Notes under the pieces: generated by a model
Databases searched by the model: none
What the model was told of the DNA's origin: nothing
The model's input: only the letters and a program-made list of their open reading frames with translations
Origin: Thraustochytrium aureum
Lineage: Eukaryota
Direction of reading: 5' to 3'
Length of the DNA: 46,338 bases
Assembly (NCBI GenBank): GCA_012862495.1
Contig: BLSG01000325.1
Span: 111,614 to 157,951, forward strand
Translations under genes and position numbers: made by a program
Shown here: piece by piece, positions 41,882 to 46,338 of the stretch
Layout of the letters: each line of letters starts with the position of its first letter
Numbering within the stretch: position 1 is the first letter of the stretch

Positions 41882-44800
41882 ATGCCCGCGCTAGCGCGGC
41901 TGGGGAGCGATAGCGGCCGGAGTCGCAGCTCGTCGAGCCAGAGCTCGAGAAGCGCGGCAACGCTCTCGCGCGCGTCGTCGTCGAGCGCGAGAACCTCGAA
42001 CACCTCCCAGGCCGACGATCTCAGCCACGATGACATTGCGAGTGAAGACGAAGACTATGACTTTTCACTGCACGACAGGCTCAAGCGGCGCCTTGATGCC
42101 TTCCTCCGACAGGAGGGCCGCGTGGTCTCGAGCACTGCGACAGGCTAGGGACGCCATTCGTGGGCCTTGCAAACCAAGGAGCTACCTGCTATTTGAATTC
42201 TCTTGTGCAGAGCTTGTTCCACTGCGCAGAGTTTCGGCAAAGGGTTTTCGACTGGGATCCCAGCGCTGTTGACGAAGAGCGGCGCGGGGCGCCCGAGGAC
42301 AGCATCCCCCTGCAGCTGCAGCGGCTGTTCGCCCGCCTCCAGTTCGCCGAGCAGCCAGCGATCTCGACCAAGGCGTTGACAAATAGCTTCGGCTGGTCTG
42401 ACATGGACGCCTTTGAGCAGCAGGACGTGCAAGAGCTGTGCCGCGTCCTATTTGACTCGCTCGAAAAGTACGGCGACCCGGGCAAGAACCTGACGCGCGC
42501 GTTCAAAGGCTCGCTTGTGGACTACATCGTGTGCCTCAAGTGCGGCCACAAACGAGCCAAGCGCGAGGAGTTTCAGGACATCAGCCTCGTGGTGCACGAG
42601 ACCGGCAACGTCGCGCAAGCGCTAAACAAGTTTGTGGAGGTTGAGCGCCTCGACGGCGACAACCAGTACTTTTGCGAGCACTGCAGCGCCAAAGTGGACG
42701 CCATCAAGGGTCATCGTCTCATGGCGCTGCCCCCGGTGCTTTTCCTGCACATGAAGCGGTTCCAGTTTGACTGGGAGGCGGAGCGCCGCATCAAGCTGCA
42801 GGAGAGCGTTGAGATCCCAATGGGGCTCGACCTCTCTGGCCTGGTGGGCCTGGACGCGGTCGGGCCGCAAAGCGGCACTGCCGCCGCGGCCGCCCAGGAC
42901 CCGCTTGATGACGATGCCTGTGAGCACTCATTCTCCGAGTCCCTTGAGCGGGACCTTGAAACGGCCCACGTCACTCAGGCGCACCCAGCGTACGTCCTAA
43001 GCGCAGTGCTGGTGCACAGCGGCAACGCGAATTCCGGGCACTACTTTGCGATTGTTCGGACGGGTGCAGACACGTGGCACGAGTTTAACGACGTGCACGT
43101 GTCCGAGCTCTCGCAGGCGGACGTAGAGCGCATGTGTGGCCGCGGCGGGACGCTTGCGGAGGGCGGCGCGTACATGCTCATGTACTCGCAGCTCCAGGAC
43201 CGCTCAGAGCGGGCTCCTACAGCGGCTTCAGTCGTGCCTCCGCCGCAGCTCATGGAGTGGATCCAGGCAGAGAACGACCTGCGCAGCAAACTCCGGCGCG
43301 TCTCTCGCATGGACCGGCAGCTCTTGCGGTTCACCGTGATCCGCGGCCCGGCTGTGACCCGGGACGCGGCCAGGGAGGTCGTTCCTTCACAGCGCGAGAG
43401 CGTGGCGTTGCAGCTCAACGGGGCAAAGGCGACCGTCCTTGACCTCAAGCACCGTGCGTACAACCGGCTTGTCCCGAAATCATACCAGAGTCGTCTGCCG
43501 CTCTCGAGTTGCCGGCTGCGCAAGCTCTTTGAGGGAGAGAATCGCCTCGGCGAGGCCTACGACGATGCGGAGCTGGAGGGCGGGACCATCAATGACCTTG
43601 GCATCTCGCACCACGTTCCTCTTCTGCTCGAGTTCCTGCGCCCGAGCGAGGACTCGTTCGAGCCGTACCTCCCTGAGGAGTTTCAATTCCGGGTCTTCTT
43701 TTGGGATTCTGCGCTCCGCGCCCCAAAGCCAGCAAACGCAGGTTTTGCCTTCGACAGTGCCAAGCCTACGCTTCTCATGGACACAATGTACTGCCGCCAG
43801 ACTTCCATGCCGTGCGTGAGGTGCGTGTCTGGTCAACCTGGACGGGAGTCGCCAAGCCTCGCAGATCTCAAGCATGCTCTGGAGCGCCTGTTGGGTGTCC
43901 CAGCCGCAGAGCAGGGGCTCATTCGCCACGCCGAGCTCGCCAGGTACCAAGCTCCCGACGGCGTAGTAGCGAGCCTGCAGGGCGACAGCGAGGCACATGC
44001 GCAGGATACGGCATTTGCACTACGTATGGAAGACGAAGAGGCTAGCCTCGTCGAGCACTACGGTCTCGCGTCCGGGGACGGCATTCTGCTCACCGTCAAC
44101 GGCGCTCACGGGCCCGCGGCCGTCCTCGAGGAGATCCGCGAAGCGCGCAGTTTTCTGACCGTTCTGTTCAATGACCCGCACGCCCCGTCCAAAACCGGCC
44201 CGGTGCGCTACGACTTTAGCGTCAAAGCCAGTCGCGAGGCGACGCTGGACGAGCTCAAGGCGCTCATGCTCGCAGCCCTCCCGCCGAGCTCGGTGTCAGC
44301 GGACGGTCCTGCGGCGTACCATTTGCGGCGGTCAGCCAAGGCGGCACAACTCAAGGACGGTGGTGTGACGCTGGACGAGGCAGGACTGAGCGACCAGTCG
44401 GTGCTGCATCTCGNNNNNNNNNNNNNNNNNNNNNNNNNNNNNNNNNNNNNNNNNNNNNNNNNNNNNNNNNNNNNNNNNNNNNNNNNNNNNNNNNNNNNNN
44501 NNNNNNNNNNNNNNNNNNNNNNNNNNNNNNNNNNNNNNNNNNNNNNNNNNNNNNNNNNNNNNNNNNNNNNNNNNNNNNNNNNNNNNNNNNNNNNNNNNNN
44601 NNNNNNNNNNNNNNNNNNNNNNNNNNNNNNNNNNNNNNNNNNNNNNNNNNNNNNNNNNNNNNNNNNNNNNNNNNNNNNNNNNNNNNNNNNNNNNNNNNNN
44701 NNNNNGGCGCCTCGAGAGCCTTTGAAAGACGGTCGGTCGCTGCGCTCTGCGCTTCGGCGACTTGAGGACGGCAAGACCATCGTTGCCGATGTGCTGGACG

Positions 44801-46338
44801 AGTCTGAGAGCGCGCCCGCGTGCGTCGAGCCGGTTCCCGAAACATTTTCTGTGGCCTTCGTGCGCCTCGAACATGAACAGGGTTCAAGCGATCTACGAGT
44901 TGCGGAAGCGAGCCAGCGAGTCGTGCAGAGCTCGTGGACGCTGGGCCAGCTAGGATCCGCCATGTGCCCAGGCTATGCTGTTGTGCCTGTCGCCGCAGAA
45001 GCAAAGGGCGAGAGCGGATGGCTGAAGAACGCGGCGGCGCTCGCTTGGTGCGACCCCCTGAGCAGCGACGTTCGGCAGGCCGCAGCAGCCCGCCACGTGA
45101 TTTCCAAAGCACCCCTGCGCATGCGCAGCGGTGCGCTGTTGCTTTACACGAGGCCAACCAATGTGCAAACCCCGCTTCGCATCGCTGTGGAGGTCGCCGC
45201 CGACTTGTGGAGTGCTGCAACTGACGGAAGCGGAAAGGTTGCTGGTGCCGAGCGGCGGCCCGGAGCTGGCCAGGAAGACGACTTTTGGGCGGCGCGACGC
45301 TGCCGAAGGACGAGGGGATCAAAATTGGCAGTTTTGCGCAAGTGATTGGCTGGGAGGGCGAAGAGCGACCAACGAGCGACTCCACCACCACCGCCGCCGC
45401 CGCCGCCGCCGCCACCACCACCACCACTCCCGTTGAAGAAGAGGAGGAGGACCCGGTAGAAAATGGAGGCTCGCAATGTGGCGAACAAAGTCCACTGAGC
45501 CCAGACGGCGGCGAAGAAGGCCAAGGCGACAAGCTCGCGAACGGATCGCTCCCAACGCTGCAGCGCGTGCCTTCGCTTGACCTGTCAAGCATCCCGGCTG
45601 AGTCGCGTCGTACCTCGTACCAGGAAGAGTTTATGGCAAAACAGGACGAGTGGTCGGAGTCGTGGCGCGAGGCTGCCGCGGCCACCGGCGAGTTGCCGCG
45701 GAGCTCCTCGGCCTCGAAGAAAACCCGCGCCAAGCCCTCGCGTCAGGCTTGCGACACGCCTGGCTTTCAGCCTGGAGACCGTGTGCTTGCGAAGGCAGAG
45801 CACTGGAAGCGATTTTTCCCGGGAACGGTCTTCTCGAAAGACTGCGCGACCGGGACGTACGCGATCGACTTTGACGACGGCGACCGCCTTGAGGACGTGG
45901 CTGAAGATCGCATGAGGGCGGGCCCTGCGCCGCCTCGCCGGCCAGGGTCTGGCAGTGCGGGCTCGTCGCGTCTCGTAAGCGAAGTCTTGAGCCCTTCGTC
46001 AGGTCCGCGAGGGCGGCCCGGGTCTGGGAGCGCGGGTTCCTCGCGTCAAGCAAACACAGTCCTGAGCCCTACTCTACGGCCCGAGAGCTCGCGTCAAATC
46101 GCCGCCGGCGACGACGCAAGCCCCTTAGGACATCGACAGTGAGGACCTCTGCCCGACGGACAAGCGCGAGCGTCGTGCGGAGAAGCTGGCTTCAAGAGGG
46201 CTTCGCTTGCAGCTCATGTACATGGAAGAAGAGAGCTCCGGGAGCGCAGAGGCCGCTCCAGCGACGAGCCCCACAAAGCGCGCTCCGGCTGAGCGCGAGC
46301 GCGCCAAGTCGTCCCCGACCCGATCAAGGACGCGGACA
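41882..46338 (+). CDS. Ubiquitin-specific protease (USP40/USP47-like) with probable Ubl segments and a C-terminal Tudor-like domain; frameshifts ~42118, ~45285 and ~46128; 3'-truncated
   Basis: Cys box GLANQGATCYLNS, QQDVQEL, zinc-finger pairs CLKC/CEHC, His box VLVHSG..SGHYFA, WHEFND and GAYMLMY. Ubl-like TLDEAGL segment. Continues via KDEGIKI into FQPGDRVLAK..FFPGTV..YAIDFDDGD. Confidence 0.85.

Noticed and set aside
1..46338. Transposons, viral insertions, tRNA or snRNA genes
   Set aside because: No transposase, RT, integrase or capsid motifs, terminal repeats or cloverleaf/box A-B patterns were seen; the content of the N-gaps cannot be assessed.

Overview
GC-rich (roughly two-thirds GC by eye), gene-dense eukaryotic nuclear DNA from a fragmentary draft assembly, with 13 N-gaps plus one single N. 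About 20 protein-coding genes can be read, essentially without coding introns. BBS7, a carotenoid oxygenase and two families I associate with oomycetes/labyrinthulomycetes suggest a flagellate stramenopile, possibly a thraustochytrid; this taxonomy is inference only. Genes from left to right: ERCC6L2-like SNF2 helicase, putative transcription factor, CS/p23 co-chaperone, family III CoA-transferase, BBS7, RPB4, a partial coiled-coil ORF, glycine cleavage H, a giant coiled-coil protein, a two-module membrane protein, a membrane-anchored EHD-like dynamin GTPase, a bHLH-ZIP factor, a carotenoid cleavage oxygenase, a stand-alone RBR Rcat domain, U1-70K, a CPI-motif protein, CCCH-ABITRAM, ERdj3-like DnaJ, a metallo-beta-lactamase/cNMP phosphodiesterase and a USP with a Tudor tail. 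About 15 single-base frameshifts break about half the genes, including essential ones. They sit mostly at short homopolymers and are most likely sequencing errors. I saw no RNA genes, CRISPR arrays or mobile elements, and no unambiguous new multi-gene system. The best leads are the uncharacterised Cys/His domain of the putative TF, the mitochondrial-type dynamin with a TM hairpin, the myristoylated GbpA/PdeD-like phosphodiesterase, the CPI-motif protein, candidate introns confined to 5' leaders, and a higher-order 14-bp minisatellite in a divergent promoter.
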